NCBI GenBank assembly: GCA_965116925.1
Contig: OZ220744.1
Coordinates: 1,088,001-1,152,000 of the forward strand
Source of the DNA: Candidatus Poribacteria bacterium
GTDB taxonomy: Bacteria; Poribacteria; WGA-4E; PCPOR2b
Length of the DNA stretch: 64,000 nucleotides
Direction: 5' to 3'
The position numbers were made by a program, and so were the translations under genes. This document shows, piece after piece, positions 29,770 through 39,043 of the stretch; the stretch's first letter is position 1, and every line of letters begins with the position of its first letter. The notes below the pieces were generated by a model. That model was given only the letters and a program-made list of their open reading frames with translations. It was not told the DNA's origin and did not search any database.

Positions 29770-30681
29770 ATGCGTCGCTTTAATCGAACTCCCTGTTTCA
29801 CGGGACCCGATGATCCCGAAATTGGACAGGTACGAGGTGTCCTTGAACTCGGTGAAACCGTTATCATCGAGACTATCGGTGGAGCGGACAACGACTATGA
29901 AGCTGCCGGCGAGACCAAGGCGGGGATGATAACCTCCGGTCAAAGCCATCAGCGCAATTCCCGTCCCGGTGGTCCCTTCGAGATTCAGGGCATTGAGCCC
30001 GACGACTGGGTATCCATCGAAATCATTGACATTGAGGTGGGACCTTACGGCTTCTACCGCAATGGCGGTCCCAACTGGGGCAACTGGCGCTGTGTAGCAC
30101 CGGTGCGCGACGGACTCATCCACTTTCCGCCCGACTTCGTTGTGCCGGTCAGACCAATGATCGGGGTCGTTCAGCTTGCATCGTGGGCTCCCAGTGGGCT
30201 AGATCATGGCGGCAATATGGATTTCAACGCTGTCCAGCCCGGCAGCACGATCCATATTCGGGCCCAGAAACCCGGCGGTTTCCTCCATCTTGGTGATGTC
30301 CATGCCCGTATGGGGGATGGAGAATTGACCGGTGCTGGCGTCGAAATCGACTCTGCCGTCACCCTCAAGGTGAATCGCTCACCCGGATTTCCCAACAGCA
30401 GTCCCGTCGTGGAAACCACCCGTGTGGTGGAAAGTGCCGAAGAGTATCTCACGAGTGCCATAGGAGACAGCTGGGGCGAGGTGCTCAGATCTGCTTGGAC
30501 CGAAATGGTGGCGTTGATTGTTGATCGCTACGACACCAGTGTGGAATACGCCAATATGATTGTCGGCACGATAGCGGATGCGCGTCCCGGATTCGCTACG
30601 GAATATATGGGGGGCTACCTAACCTGCCAGTTAGCGGTCACCAAAGAATTGCGCCGCACAGGAAAACCGTATGAGCCATAG
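29770..30681 (+). CDS. Acetamidase/formamidase family protein
   Basis: PMIGV, HGGNMD and GDVHARMGDGE motifs. Confidence 0.88.
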   Translation: MRRFNRTPCFTGPDDPEIGQVRGVLELGETVIIETIGGADNDYEAAGETKAGMITSGQSHQRNSRPGGPFEIQGIEPDDWVSIEIIDIEVGPYGFYRNGGPNWGNWRCVAPVRDGLIHFPPDFVVPVRPMIGVVQLASWAPSGLDHGGNMDFNAVQPGSTIHIRAQKPGGFLHLGDVHARMGDGELTGAGVEIDSAVTLKVNRSPGFPNSSPVVETTRVVESAEEYLTSAIGDSWGEVLRSAWTEMVALIVDRYDTSVEYANMIVGTIADARPGFATEYMGGYLTCQLAVTKELRRTGKPYEP

Positions 30682-30709
30682 ATGCTAGTTTCAGCCCGTT
30701 GAACTGATG

Positions 30710-31708
30710 CTACATCCCTAATGCTTCGGCTTGCCTACAAGCAGATTGGATGAGCTTTCGTACTCTATCCCCCTTATTGTGCTCAGGTCGTTCGTGGAGC
30801 CAACCCAGCAATGCTAGCGACCGAATTAACAGAAACATGGGCAGTAGCTCAATAGCCTCGTCAGAGAGAGAGCGTTCTGAGCGGTAGCCTGCAATGAGTG
30901 CATCGCGGGCTACCTCAAAATGGGGCGGTTTCCGGTAAGCGTCGAGTGCGACAGCAATCTCGTACTGGTGCCAGCCGAAACCAGAGTCGTCGAAGTCTAT
31001 TACTTGCAGCCGGTCCCCGTTGACGAGTAGATTATGCGGGTGCAAGTCCGCATGAATTAAGCTATAGGTGCCTTCCGATTTACCGTAGTCAGACAAGGTG
31101 CGATAGATAACATGACGGGCATTGAGAATATGCTCTCGTTCTGCTGCTTTCAGTTCTGGTAGAACCCAAAAGGGACCCCAGAAGGGCGTATCTCCCATCA
31201 ATCCGTTTGCATCGAATGCGTGTCGTTGGAAGTCTTTCGGGATTTGCCAGCTGACTGCCTGATTGTGGATTCTCGCTGCAATGCGGCCGAGTTGATCAAA
31301 ATGCAAGGCGAGAGCCTTCATATCAGCTGTTTGCGCTATAATACTCGAAAGCGTTACTCCCTCAAACCATTCGACAATTCCGACGTGTCGGGTCTCCGTC
31401 GATCCCGGCACAGGTACTGTTGCGTAGCCGTGTCCCTCACGCGTCAACCGTGGTAACGGTACACCGATGCCTGCCCGTTCCAGCGCAGCTGTCCACTGTT
31501 GCTCCGAATTCAGTTCTGCGAGATTGTGATAGCCCGGTCGGTGGATGCGAAGGGCATAGATTTCGCCCACATCTGTATCAATACGAAACACAGTGTTTTC
31601 AGAGATGGAGATCAGCTCTAGCTGCGCGGCGCACATATCCCATTCATCCAACGCTCGCTCGGCGATTGCACGCAGCGTGGCACGGTCAAGGGGCTGTGCC
31701 ATAGACAT
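30710..31708 (-). CDS. Aminoglycoside-phosphotransferase-like kinase (homoserine kinase type II / hydroxylysine kinase-like)
   Basis: SENTVF, LRIHRP, HADLHPHN and IDFDD motifs; overlaps the end of the upstream gene. Confidence 0.85.
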   Translation of the reverse strand: MSMAQPLDRATLRAIAERALDEWDMCAAQLELISISENTVFRIDTDVGEIYALRIHRPGYHNLAELNSEQQWTAALERAGIGVPLPRLTREGHGYATVPVPGSTETRHVGIVEWFEGVTLSSIIAQTADMKALALHFDQLGRIAARIHNQAVSWQIPKDFQRHAFDANGLMGDTPFWGPFWVLPELKAAEREHILNARHVIYRTLSDYGKSEGTYSLIHADLHPHNLLVNGDRLQVIDFDDSGFGWHQYEIAVALDAYRKPPHFEVARDALIAGYRSERSLSDEAIELLPMFLLIRSLALLGWLHERPEHNKGDRVRKLIQSACRQAEALGM

Positions 31709-32969
31709 CCTCCACAATCTCTGCAAACGCGGTGAGGAACAGATCTGCATGTTCACGAGAAAACACCAGCGGCGGACGAATCTTGAGGACATTGCCTAGC
31801 GATCCAGCACTCCCGATGAGAAAACCTTTATCCTTCAGGCGATTGACGAATACCGTAGCACCGTCGCGATCAGGGGTTTTGGTATCGTGGTCGCTTATCC
31901 ACTCCAACCCGATGAACAGACCGTGCCCGCGTACCTCCGCCATGGGTGGACAGTGCGGTTGGAGCTTAGTCAGTTCCTTGTGCAGGTAGTCACCGACGGC
32001 GGCGACGTTCTGTCGTAGGTTTTCGGTTTCGATTACCTCTAACACCGCCGTACCTACCGCTGCCTGTAGCGGACTGGAGGCAAAGGTGTTGAAGTAGCGT
32101 TTACGTTCGCGGAAAACATCCACTAATTCCGTTCTCGCAACAGTTCCAGCGAGAGGCATCCCGTTCCCCATCGGTTTACCCATCGTGACAATATCTGGAA
32201 CGAATTCCATCACCTCGTAACCCCACCACCGACCAGTCCGACAGAAACCTGCCTGCACTTCGTCTGCGATGAATAGACCGCCTGCATCGCGAACCATTTC
32301 AGCGGCCTGTGACATAAAACCTTTTGGAATGTCCGGCAATCCTTCATTAGCGAGGATAGGACACACCAACATGCCCGCAAAGGGAACATCGTTAGCAGCA
32401 AAACTGTCAATCGCCCCACGGACTTCTGAGAGGTAGAGATCGGTCAGTTCGGATTCGGAGGCGTCCTCTCGCAACGGGCGATACCGCTGTGGATACGGAA
32501 TAGCGCGAATCTCAGGATCACCATCTCTAGCGCGTGTGAGTTTGCCAACCTCTGCACTGTTGCCGTGGTACGCAGCGTCGGTGCAGATGATCCCCCGGCC
32601 GCCCGTTGCGATACGAGCCATGCTCATGGCAACTTCGTTGGCTTCTGTCCCGGTGCAGGTGAACACGACACTCGCCAATTCATCAGCGTGGTGGTCCGTC
32701 AGGCGTTCGGCGTAGTCAAGAACGCCTTCATGCAGATAGCGACTGTGCACGTTGAGCGTGCTCGCCTGTCGGTGCATTGCCTCGACTACATGCGGATGGC
32801 AGTGTCCTACGCAGGGTACATTGTTGTACATATCGAGATAGCGACGTCCATCGGGGGCAAACAGCCATACCCCTTCTCCACGCACGATGTTCACCGCCTC
32901 TTGATAGAAGAGTGGCGTTCCGGTGCCTAGCAGTCGTTCACGGCGTGCAAGTAAATTGGTCGTGGTCAT
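31686..32969 (-). CDS. Class III aminotransferase / phospholyase-like PLP enzyme
   Basis: YLDMYNNV, ADEVQAGF, VTMGKPMGNG, YFNTF and KIRPP motifs; start trimmed to MTTT. Confidence 0.88.
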   Translation of the reverse strand: MTTTNLLARRERLLGTGTPLFYQEAVNIVRGEGVWLFAPDGRRYLDMYNNVPCVGHCHPHVVEAMHRQASTLNVHSRYLHEGVLDYAERLTDHHADELASVVFTCTGTEANEVAMSMARIATGGRGIICTDAAYHGNSAEVGKLTRARDGDPEIRAIPYPQRYRPLREDASESELTDLYLSEVRGAIDSFAANDVPFAGMLVCPILANEGLPDIPKGFMSQAAEMVRDAGGLFIADEVQAGFCRTGRWWGYEVMEFVPDIVTMGKPMGNGMPLAGTVARTELVDVFRERKRYFNTFASSPLQAAVGTAVLEVIETENLRQNVAAVGDYLHKELTKLQPHCPPMAEVRGHGLFIGLEWISDHDTKTPDRDGATVFVNRLKDKGFLIGSAGSLGNVLKIRPPLVFSREHADLFLTAFAEIVEDVYGTAP

Positions 32970-33039
32970 AAGGTTCCCTTTCAGGTTTATAAAGTGCCTT
33001 TGACGGGGGTTCGTGAATTTGTTCGTACGCCAACACGCT

Positions 33040-34665
33040 CTATCTATAACGGACATGTAGTTCAAGTTTTTCGATCTGAATATGACCGAAAGCAGCGGGT
33101 AGTCGTTGACTCAACCTTACGCCGACGAGATTGGCTCCCACCGCAAGATAACGCGGTGCTACCGTAAAAATCAGCCAGTTCTTGAAAGCATCTACTTTCG
33201 GATCCTCTACTGTTTCAGTGTGAGGGGTGTCGAGCAGGCTGTTATTCAGTCGCACTTCAACCCCTGACCCAAGCTCTTCAAGTTTTTCGTCCACAGACAA
33301 AGCCTCACCGGCTTCATCAGAGATGGCAATCCGCAGCGTCATCTGATCGATTGCTTCCGATGCAACGTTCACATCATCCGCCACATTCAGGGTGAGCAGC
33401 GTATCCTCCCCACCGTCATCCACCAACGCTGCAGGCAAAGCTGCCCGCATGTTGGTCTGGAAATACATGTGCCTAGGGGTGTGCCAGTTCGCTGGCGATG
33501 GCACGACGTATTCAGCATGTCCGCCGCCGCGCCGCTCAACAAAAAACACTTTGTCCTGTCCTTTAAGCGTTTCGGGGCTGCCGATTTCACTGAAGATTTT
33601 GCGCTGGGTTTCCCACCGAGGCGAGGGACTGAGCCCTAGGTTTTGTGCCGATTGCGGGGAGGATACCATTAAATTAAAGGTGTGCATACCGTCAGGATTT
33701 TGACGCCACCAGTTGGCGCAGGTGCTACGCCAGATTTCCAGATCCGGCTCCCTATACCCATCGGTGGAGTGATGGTCGTCAAAGCTCGGGTAAAGTTTGA
33801 TGAGGGTGCCCTTGGTGATATGGCGAAAAGCGGCGATGTCCGCGTTCGCTGTCCGCGTGCCAACTACGAGGATATCGACCAGAAAATCCCGCACCCAAGT
33901 CTCCACGTCCATGCCGTCAAAGTGGCAGCCCATGAGATCTTCCGGTACACGGGCTGCTAACAACAGCGGTCGCCCACGTTTTTCCCCAATGTCAAGCAGC
34001 GTGGTGCGTATATCGCGCATGAAATCGGTCAGTGTATTGCGGTGTAACCACTGCTCCTCCGGGAACAACACCGGGATCCGCGCAAAATCGATCTGGATAC
34101 CGTCGAAGTCGTACATCTCCGCTACTTCCCGCACAACGTTTAGCTTCAAGTCACGAACCCCTTTGAAGGAAAAATTCCAGTATGGGTGCCACTTATAGAT
34201 TAGCCAATCTGGATGTTCAGCTTTCAGGGGAATCGGCTGATCGAACGGACGAGGCGGATCGAACAAATCATCGTTGTCCGATCCATTGATACGATAGGAA
34301 AAGAAGACTTCTCGGCCGCGTTTCTTTGCCTCATTCAAGAGTACCTCAACCGGATCGATGCCGGCTTTCCACCATCTCGGAAAGACATTTTCTGTGCAGG
34401 GTATCACCTCACTGGGCCAAACCGCCGTATTCCCTTCACCCCATTCAAACCAAATGCTATCAATCTGGTTCGGTTGTTCATCGAGGCGACTCATGTAGAA
34501 GTCAATAACCTTATCTACCCGATCTGTCCCAACTTCGTCAGTCCTGAACACATCGTTAGCCAATACATCGTCTTGGAAGATGATACGACGCTGCCGGTTG
34601 ATAGCGTCAATATGCTCGCGGCTGATGGGCAATCCTTTAGGTGTTGCTCCGTCTGGTGCATTCAT
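33040..34665 (-). CDS. Glycoside hydrolase-like TIM-barrel protein (GHL10-like)
   Basis: FFSYRING, HPDW, YDFDGIQIDF and LAARVP segments typical of this family. Confidence 0.55.
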   Translation of the reverse strand: MNAPDGATPKGLPISREHIDAINRQRRIIFQDDVLANDVFRTDEVGTDRVDKVIDFYMSRLDEQPNQIDSIWFEWGEGNTAVWPSEVIPCTENVFPRWWKAGIDPVEVLLNEAKKRGREVFFSYRINGSDNDDLFDPPRPFDQPIPLKAEHPDWLIYKWHPYWNFSFKGVRDLKLNVVREVAEMYDFDGIQIDFARIPVLFPEEQWLHRNTLTDFMRDIRTTLLDIGEKRGRPLLLAARVPEDLMGCHFDGMDVETWVRDFLVDILVVGTRTANADIAAFRHITKGTLIKLYPSFDDHHSTDGYREPDLEIWRSTCANWWRQNPDGMHTFNLMVSSPQSAQNLGLSPSPRWETQRKIFSEIGSPETLKGQDKVFFVERRGGGHAEYVVPSPANWHTPRHMYFQTNMRAALPAALVDDGGEDTLLTLNVADDVNVASEAIDQMTLRIAISDEAGEALSVDEKLEELGSGVEVRLNNSLLDTPHTETVEDPKVDAFKNWLIFTVAPRYLAVGANLVGVRLSQRLPAAFGHIQIEKLELHVRYR

Positions 34666-34851
34666 AAGAAATCTCCAATAGCTTCAAAATCGTGGCTGCG
34701 GTTGCGGGTGGCACGGTTACACCAAAAATTATATCAAAATTGCGAGAGATTTAGAATAAAAATCGAGAACTGATAGAAGTCCACAAAGTGGATGCGAATT
34801 CACTAATGAACTAATGTACTAATCAACCAATGAACAAACTGTTTTTGGATG

Positions 34852-34880
34852 TTGACAGATACTGGATTCTTGTGTATGAT
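34852..34880 (+). promoter_or_regulatory. Sigma70 promoter for the Ldh/PhyH/PhyH/VOC run
   Basis: TTGACA-17 nt-TATGAT. Confidence 0.7.
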
Positions 34881-34940
34881 ATTTACCAAGACGGACACAG
34901 TTTAATCTCACCGCGCGGCAACGGAGAAGGAGTCAAAACT

Positions 34941-36017
34941 ATGGCAGAAATGCACTGTTTTAGCGCAAGCTATCTGCACGCAATGACGCGGCAACTGTTT
35001 CTAGCAGCGGATACACCACGTCACATCGCTGAAGTCGTCGCAGAAATCTTGATCAACGCCAACCTCGCCGGACACGACTCGCACGGCGTGCTCCGCATCC
35101 CCGGATACCTAGGTAGTATCTCAAATGGTGGGCTTCAACCTGCTGCTGAGCCGGAGGTATCCAACGAAACGGGTAATACCTTCCGTATTGATGGGAGGGA
35201 TGGTCATGGACACTACACCGCTCGACGGGCGATGGATCTGGCAATTGAGAAGGCAAAGGCTGCGGATAACTGTGCAGTGAGTTTTGTCAACACCGGGCAT
35301 ATCGGACGGCTTGGTGAGTATGCAGAACAAGCTGCACGGGCGGGATGCATCGGCATCATCACCTACGGCGGCGGTGCGAGGGACAGAGGCGGCACTGTTC
35401 CTTTCGGAGGCGCACGTGGGGCGTTAGGGACCAATCCGATTGCAGTTGGTGTGCCAACCGGGGATGAGAGTCCTTTTGTCATCGATTTCGCCACAAGTAT
35501 GATTGCCGCCGGCAAAGTTTCAGTCGCTGCAAGCATGGGACTTGATCTACCCGAAGGTTGTATTGTGGATAAGCACGGCAACCCGAGCGTTAAGCCAGCT
35601 GATTTGAGCGACGGTGGATCTCTGTTGACGTTCGGTGCACATAAAGGATACGCATTCTCCCTCCTTGTATCTCTGTTCGCTGGTTTGTCCGGCAATTTTG
35701 ATATTGAACAGGCTTCCATGGGGAGCAACACGCTGATGCAGGTGATCAACATCAACGCGTTTACGCCGTTGGAGCCGTATCAGGGTGGGGTCCGTGCGTT
35801 TCTTGATGGCATTAAGTCCATACCGCCGGCACCCGGGTTTGATGAAGTGTTGGTGCCGGGTGATTTTGAATCCCGCTCCCGATCGCAGCGACTCGCTAAC
35901 GGTATTGACGTTCCGGATACGATTTATAGTCGGCTTCAGGAATGCGCGGAAAAATTGAACTTCTCCTTGAGTGAAGATCTCGTTGAACCTTCCGATGTGG
36001 AACGCTATCAGGCGTAA
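34941..36017 (+). CDS. Ldh_2 family (malate/L-lactate/hydroxycarboxylate dehydrogenase-like) oxidoreductase
   Basis: GHDSHG, HIGRLG, GTNPI, DFATS and HKGY motifs; start MAEM after AGGAG. Confidence 0.9.
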   Translation: MAEMHCFSASYLHAMTRQLFLAADTPRHIAEVVAEILINANLAGHDSHGVLRIPGYLGSISNGGLQPAAEPEVSNETGNTFRIDGRDGHGHYTARRAMDLAIEKAKAADNCAVSFVNTGHIGRLGEYAEQAARAGCIGIITYGGGARDRGGTVPFGGARGALGTNPIAVGVPTGDESPFVIDFATSMIAAGKVSVAASMGLDLPEGCIVDKHGNPSVKPADLSDGGSLLTFGAHKGYAFSLLVSLFAGLSGNFDIEQASMGSNTLMQVININAFTPLEPYQGGVRAFLDGIKSIPPAPGFDEVLVPGDFESRSRSQRLANGIDVPDTIYSRLQECAEKLNFSLSEDLVEPSDVERYQA

Positions 36018-36043
36018 AACGTGATGCGTGAAACGTGAAACGT
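36012..36043 (+). repeat. Heptamer tandem tract starting at a stop codon
   Basis: gcgtaaa acgtgat gcgtgaa acgtgaa acgt. Confidence 0.65.
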
Positions 36044-36094
36044 CAGAAAAGTCTCTTACTTACGCTATGACACATTTACGATGAGGAGATTACC

Positions 36095-36955
36095 ATGGAT
36101 GCCGAATGTTTACAGCACCTTCTGACAGAGGAGGAACGTGCCCAATTTGAGCGGGATGGATTCATTATTGTTGAGAATGCCTTGCCGGCTTCAATGATTA
36201 AGGGACTTGTTGAAGCGGTAGACCGACTTGGACCCGGCGACGACTTCTTGGGGAAAGACGATCGACTCTTGGAACTGATTGATTGGCACAGGACCTTTCC
36301 CAAAGTATGGGGTATCCTCGGTTGGAACATCCATTCTTACTACACGCAGGTCATTGTCACGCCTCCCGAAGATGAGGAATTCAAGCGTACAAAGCACCGG
36401 CGGGGCTGGCACCAAGACAGTGACCGTATAAATGCCGATATTGAACCCGGACCCCAGCCGCGTATCTCTGTGAAGGTCGGTTATTTCTTAACGGATCTCA
36501 CGAAGGGCGGGCACGGCAATTTCAGTGTAATTCCGGGAAGTCATCTCAAAAGAGAGATTGAATTGCCTGCCGATGGGGTGTCGGATCCGGAGGAGGCGAT
36601 AGAGATTCGGGTGCCCGCAGGTACGGCAGTCATATTTGATCGGCGACTCTTCCACGCGCGCGGGTGGAACTTGTCTGACTTGACGCGAAAGGTCTTGTTT
36701 GTCGGCTACAGTCATCGCTGGATCCATCCGAGAGATGAGAGAACGGTTGAGCATGTTATGGAAGGTTCCGATCCGATTCGCAGACAGCTGCTCGGTGCGA
36801 AAACACGTGCCATGGGGACTTCGTCGCCTTCGGACGAGGACGTGCCCCTTCGATTCTGGATCAAAGAACATGTGGGCGAAGAGGTTGTTACTGATAATTA
36901 TGCCCGCATCGTCGGCGCACCTTCAGTGACATTTGGACGCAATCATGCCCAGTGA
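36095..36955 (+). CDS. PhyH family dioxygenase (tandem paralog 1)
   Basis: WHQD, IPGSH and FDRRLFH motifs. Confidence 0.9.
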   Translation: MDAECLQHLLTEEERAQFERDGFIIVENALPASMIKGLVEAVDRLGPGDDFLGKDDRLLELIDWHRTFPKVWGILGWNIHSYYTQVIVTPPEDEEFKRTKHRRGWHQDSDRINADIEPGPQPRISVKVGYFLTDLTKGGHGNFSVIPGSHLKREIELPADGVSDPEEAIEIRVPAGTAVIFDRRLFHARGWNLSDLTRKVLFVGYSHRWIHPRDERTVEHVMEGSDPIRRQLLGAKTRAMGTSSPSDEDVPLRFWIKEHVGEEVVTDNYARIVGAPSVTFGRNHAQ

Positions 36956-36993
36956 TTTGCCCTCGTTGTACCAATGGAAGAAGGAGGTTAATT

Positions 36994-37818
36994 ATGGATA
37001 GTGCATGTTTGGAACACTGCTTGACAGAGGCAGAACGTGCCAAGTTTGAGCGAGACGGATTCATTGTGATCGAGAATGCCCTACCTGCGCCAATGGTCGA
37101 GGGGCTCATCGAAGCGGTAGATAGTGTGAAGGCCGGTGTGGACTTCATCGGGAAAGACGATCGATTCCTAGAACTGATTGATTGGCATCGAACTCTTCCC
37201 AAAGTCTGGGGCATCCTTGGTTGGAACATCCATCTCTACCACACGCATATCACGGTTACACCGCCGGTGCCGTTGGAAGATAGACCCTCAAAGAAGCGTC
37301 TCCACTGGCATCAGGATAGTGGGCGTGTGAGTTTGGACATTGAAACTGTACCCGCACCGCGCATCTCCGTCAAGATCGGTTATTTCCTGACCGATGTTTC
37401 CGAGGGAGGCCGCGGTAATTTTAGCGTCGTACCGGGCAGCCATCTAGTAGACGAGGTTGGGTATCCCGCCGATGGTGTGTCCAATCCCCCAGATGCACAT
37501 GAAGTTCAAGTTCCGGCTGGCACCGCTGTCATGTTCGATCGTCGGATCTGGCATGCGGGTGGATGGAATTTCTCGGATATTACTCGTAAGGTGCTATTTG
37601 TCGGCTACAGTATGCGATGGTTTCACCCAAGAGATGCGATGACCGTCTCTCACTACATGGATCGGTGTGATCCAATTCAGCGGCAGTTGCTCGGATCAAA
37701 AACTGGTAACCTCGGTCTAACGTCACCGAAAGAGGAAGATGTGCCGCTGCGCGAATGGATGCGGGAGCATTTGGGTGAGGAAGCGATTGCTGACCGTTCA
37801 GTCAGAAACCTCACGTAA
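36994..37818 (+). CDS. PhyH family dioxygenase (tandem paralog 2)
   Basis: WHQD, VPGSH, FDRRIWH; start MDSAC after GGAGG. Confidence 0.9.
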   Translation: MDSACLEHCLTEAERAKFERDGFIVIENALPAPMVEGLIEAVDSVKAGVDFIGKDDRFLELIDWHRTLPKVWGILGWNIHLYHTHITVTPPVPLEDRPSKKRLHWHQDSGRVSLDIETVPAPRISVKIGYFLTDVSEGGRGNFSVVPGSHLVDEVGYPADGVSNPPDAHEVQVPAGTAVMFDRRIWHAGGWNFSDITRKVLFVGYSMRWFHPRDAMTVSHYMDRCDPIQRQLLGSKTGNLGLTSPKEEDVPLREWMREHLGEEAIADRSVRNLT

Positions 37819-37898
37819 CCCTCTCAGCCCAATTCAGCAGAGTGGAGATTGGGAACGGGTCTGATCGAAGATAAAGGAGGAGGGAAAGGAAAACCGTT

Positions 37899-38327
37899 AT
37901 GGCTGATGCTAGCCTCGTTTTTGAACACATCCACATCATTAGTGAAGATCCGCAGTCGTCTGCCACTTGGTACGCGGACATGCTGGGGGGCGAAATCGCG
38001 GAGACGTACGAACTGCGTGGTGCCCCGCAAATTGCTGTTGTTTTCGAGGGGATAACGGTTCTCATTCGTGGGCGACGACCGGGCGAGAATCCAGACAGGA
38101 CAAACAGCATACAATCTTTCGGGGATTTCGCTAGCCACAACGAGTGGGGCATGGATCACTTTGCATTCCGCGTACACGGAGACCTCACCGATTTTTGCAA
38201 TAGCCTCAAGGAAAAAGGAGCCACCTTCTCCATCGAACCCGATGACTCAATTGGACGCACTTGGGACGGTAGCATCGCCTATCTTAATGGTCCCGACGGT
38301 GTGAGTATAGAGCTGCTCCAAGCGTAG
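37899..38327 (+). CDS. VOC/glyoxalase family protein
   Basis: FEHIHI, DHFAFRV and GPDGVSIEL motifs. Confidence 0.88.
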   Translation: MADASLVFEHIHIISEDPQSSATWYADMLGGEIAETYELRGAPQIAVVFEGITVLIRGRRPGENPDRTNSIQSFGDFASHNEWGMDHFAFRVHGDLTDFCNSLKEKGATFSIEPDDSIGRTWDGSIAYLNGPDGVSIELLQA

Positions 38328-38403
38328 ATATGATGTGAATCAAGAAGTATTACGTGAAAATTGAGTTTTCCGATTCCCTACACAATTGCGAGTGAATTGA
38401 GGC

Positions 38404-38433
38404 TTGACTTCTGTAGAAAGAATGTGGTAAAGT
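38404..38433 (+). promoter_or_regulatory. Putative sigma70 promoter for the leader peptide/leuS unit
   Basis: TTGACT-18 nt-TAAAGT with a TG extension. Confidence 0.5.
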
Positions 38434-38527
38434 TAATGCACGGTCGCACAATTATCGTCTGTGCAAATCTGCACATCGGTTAAGTCTTGACTGCCGTCTA
38501 CGATAGGATATTGAGGAGATGGAATTA

Positions 38528-38656
38528 ATGTACTACCCACAGCCTACCAACAATCGTTTCTCTTCTCAGATTAGCGGTGTTCTCAATCTGTCTTCGCTAC
38601 GATTGTGTCTCGCTTTGGCTTTGCTGCGTGTGGTGGGCGGTAGTGCACCGGATTAA
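38528..38656 (+). CDS. Putative Leu-rich attenuation leader peptide (42 aa)
   Basis: MYYPQPTNNRFSSQISGVLNLSSLRLCLALALLRVVGGSAPD; GAGGAG RBS; 8 Leu in codons 19-33; followed by a terminator. Confidence 0.65.
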   Translation: MYYPQPTNNRFSSQISGVLNLSSLRLCLALALLRVVGGSAPD

Positions 38657-38691
38657 TGTAAAATCGGACTCATCTTAATCCTTTGACTAAC

Positions 38692-38732
38692 AGCCCATCA
38701 TCGAATCGCTTTCGATGGTGGGCTTTTTATTT
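38692..38732 (+). terminator. Intrinsic terminator (attenuator)
   Basis: 14-bp stem AGCCCATCATCGAA/TTCGATGGTGGGCT, 5-nt loop, T-rich tail. Confidence 0.85.
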
Positions 38733-38834
38733 ATAGTGAGTTCAAAAAATAAAGAAACACTTGCGCCCCCCCGGTAGGTGCGGTTTGTAACCGCACCGGT
38801 TTGGCGTGTCCCATTAACTCTAAAATCTACTATA
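38732..38834. mobile_element. MITE-like element family B, copy 2
   Basis: Collinear with 16342-16443; TATAGTG..TACTATA ends; internal GTAGGTGCGGTTTGTAACCGCACC. Confidence 0.7.
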
Positions 38835-39043
38835 ATCTATTGATTGCATTTGGAAAGTTAAGGATAACGCCGAATTGATTGCCGGAGTTCCCGCTTAAAT
38901 TTCTTGAACAGACAGCGTTGCATTTTATCAATTGGTTCAGTATAATTTAACAAAGTGAAGTTCAACCGAAGAAGAACATTGCAAAAACGCTCTGCCCCAA
39001 GAATTACCCGTGCTATAGATAAGACAACTTGAGGAGATTTTAG

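Noticed and set aside
38340..39043. T-box riboswitch upstream of leuS
   Set aside because: No T-box consensus (AGGTGGTACCGCG-like) was seen before the terminator; a leader peptide explains the region better.
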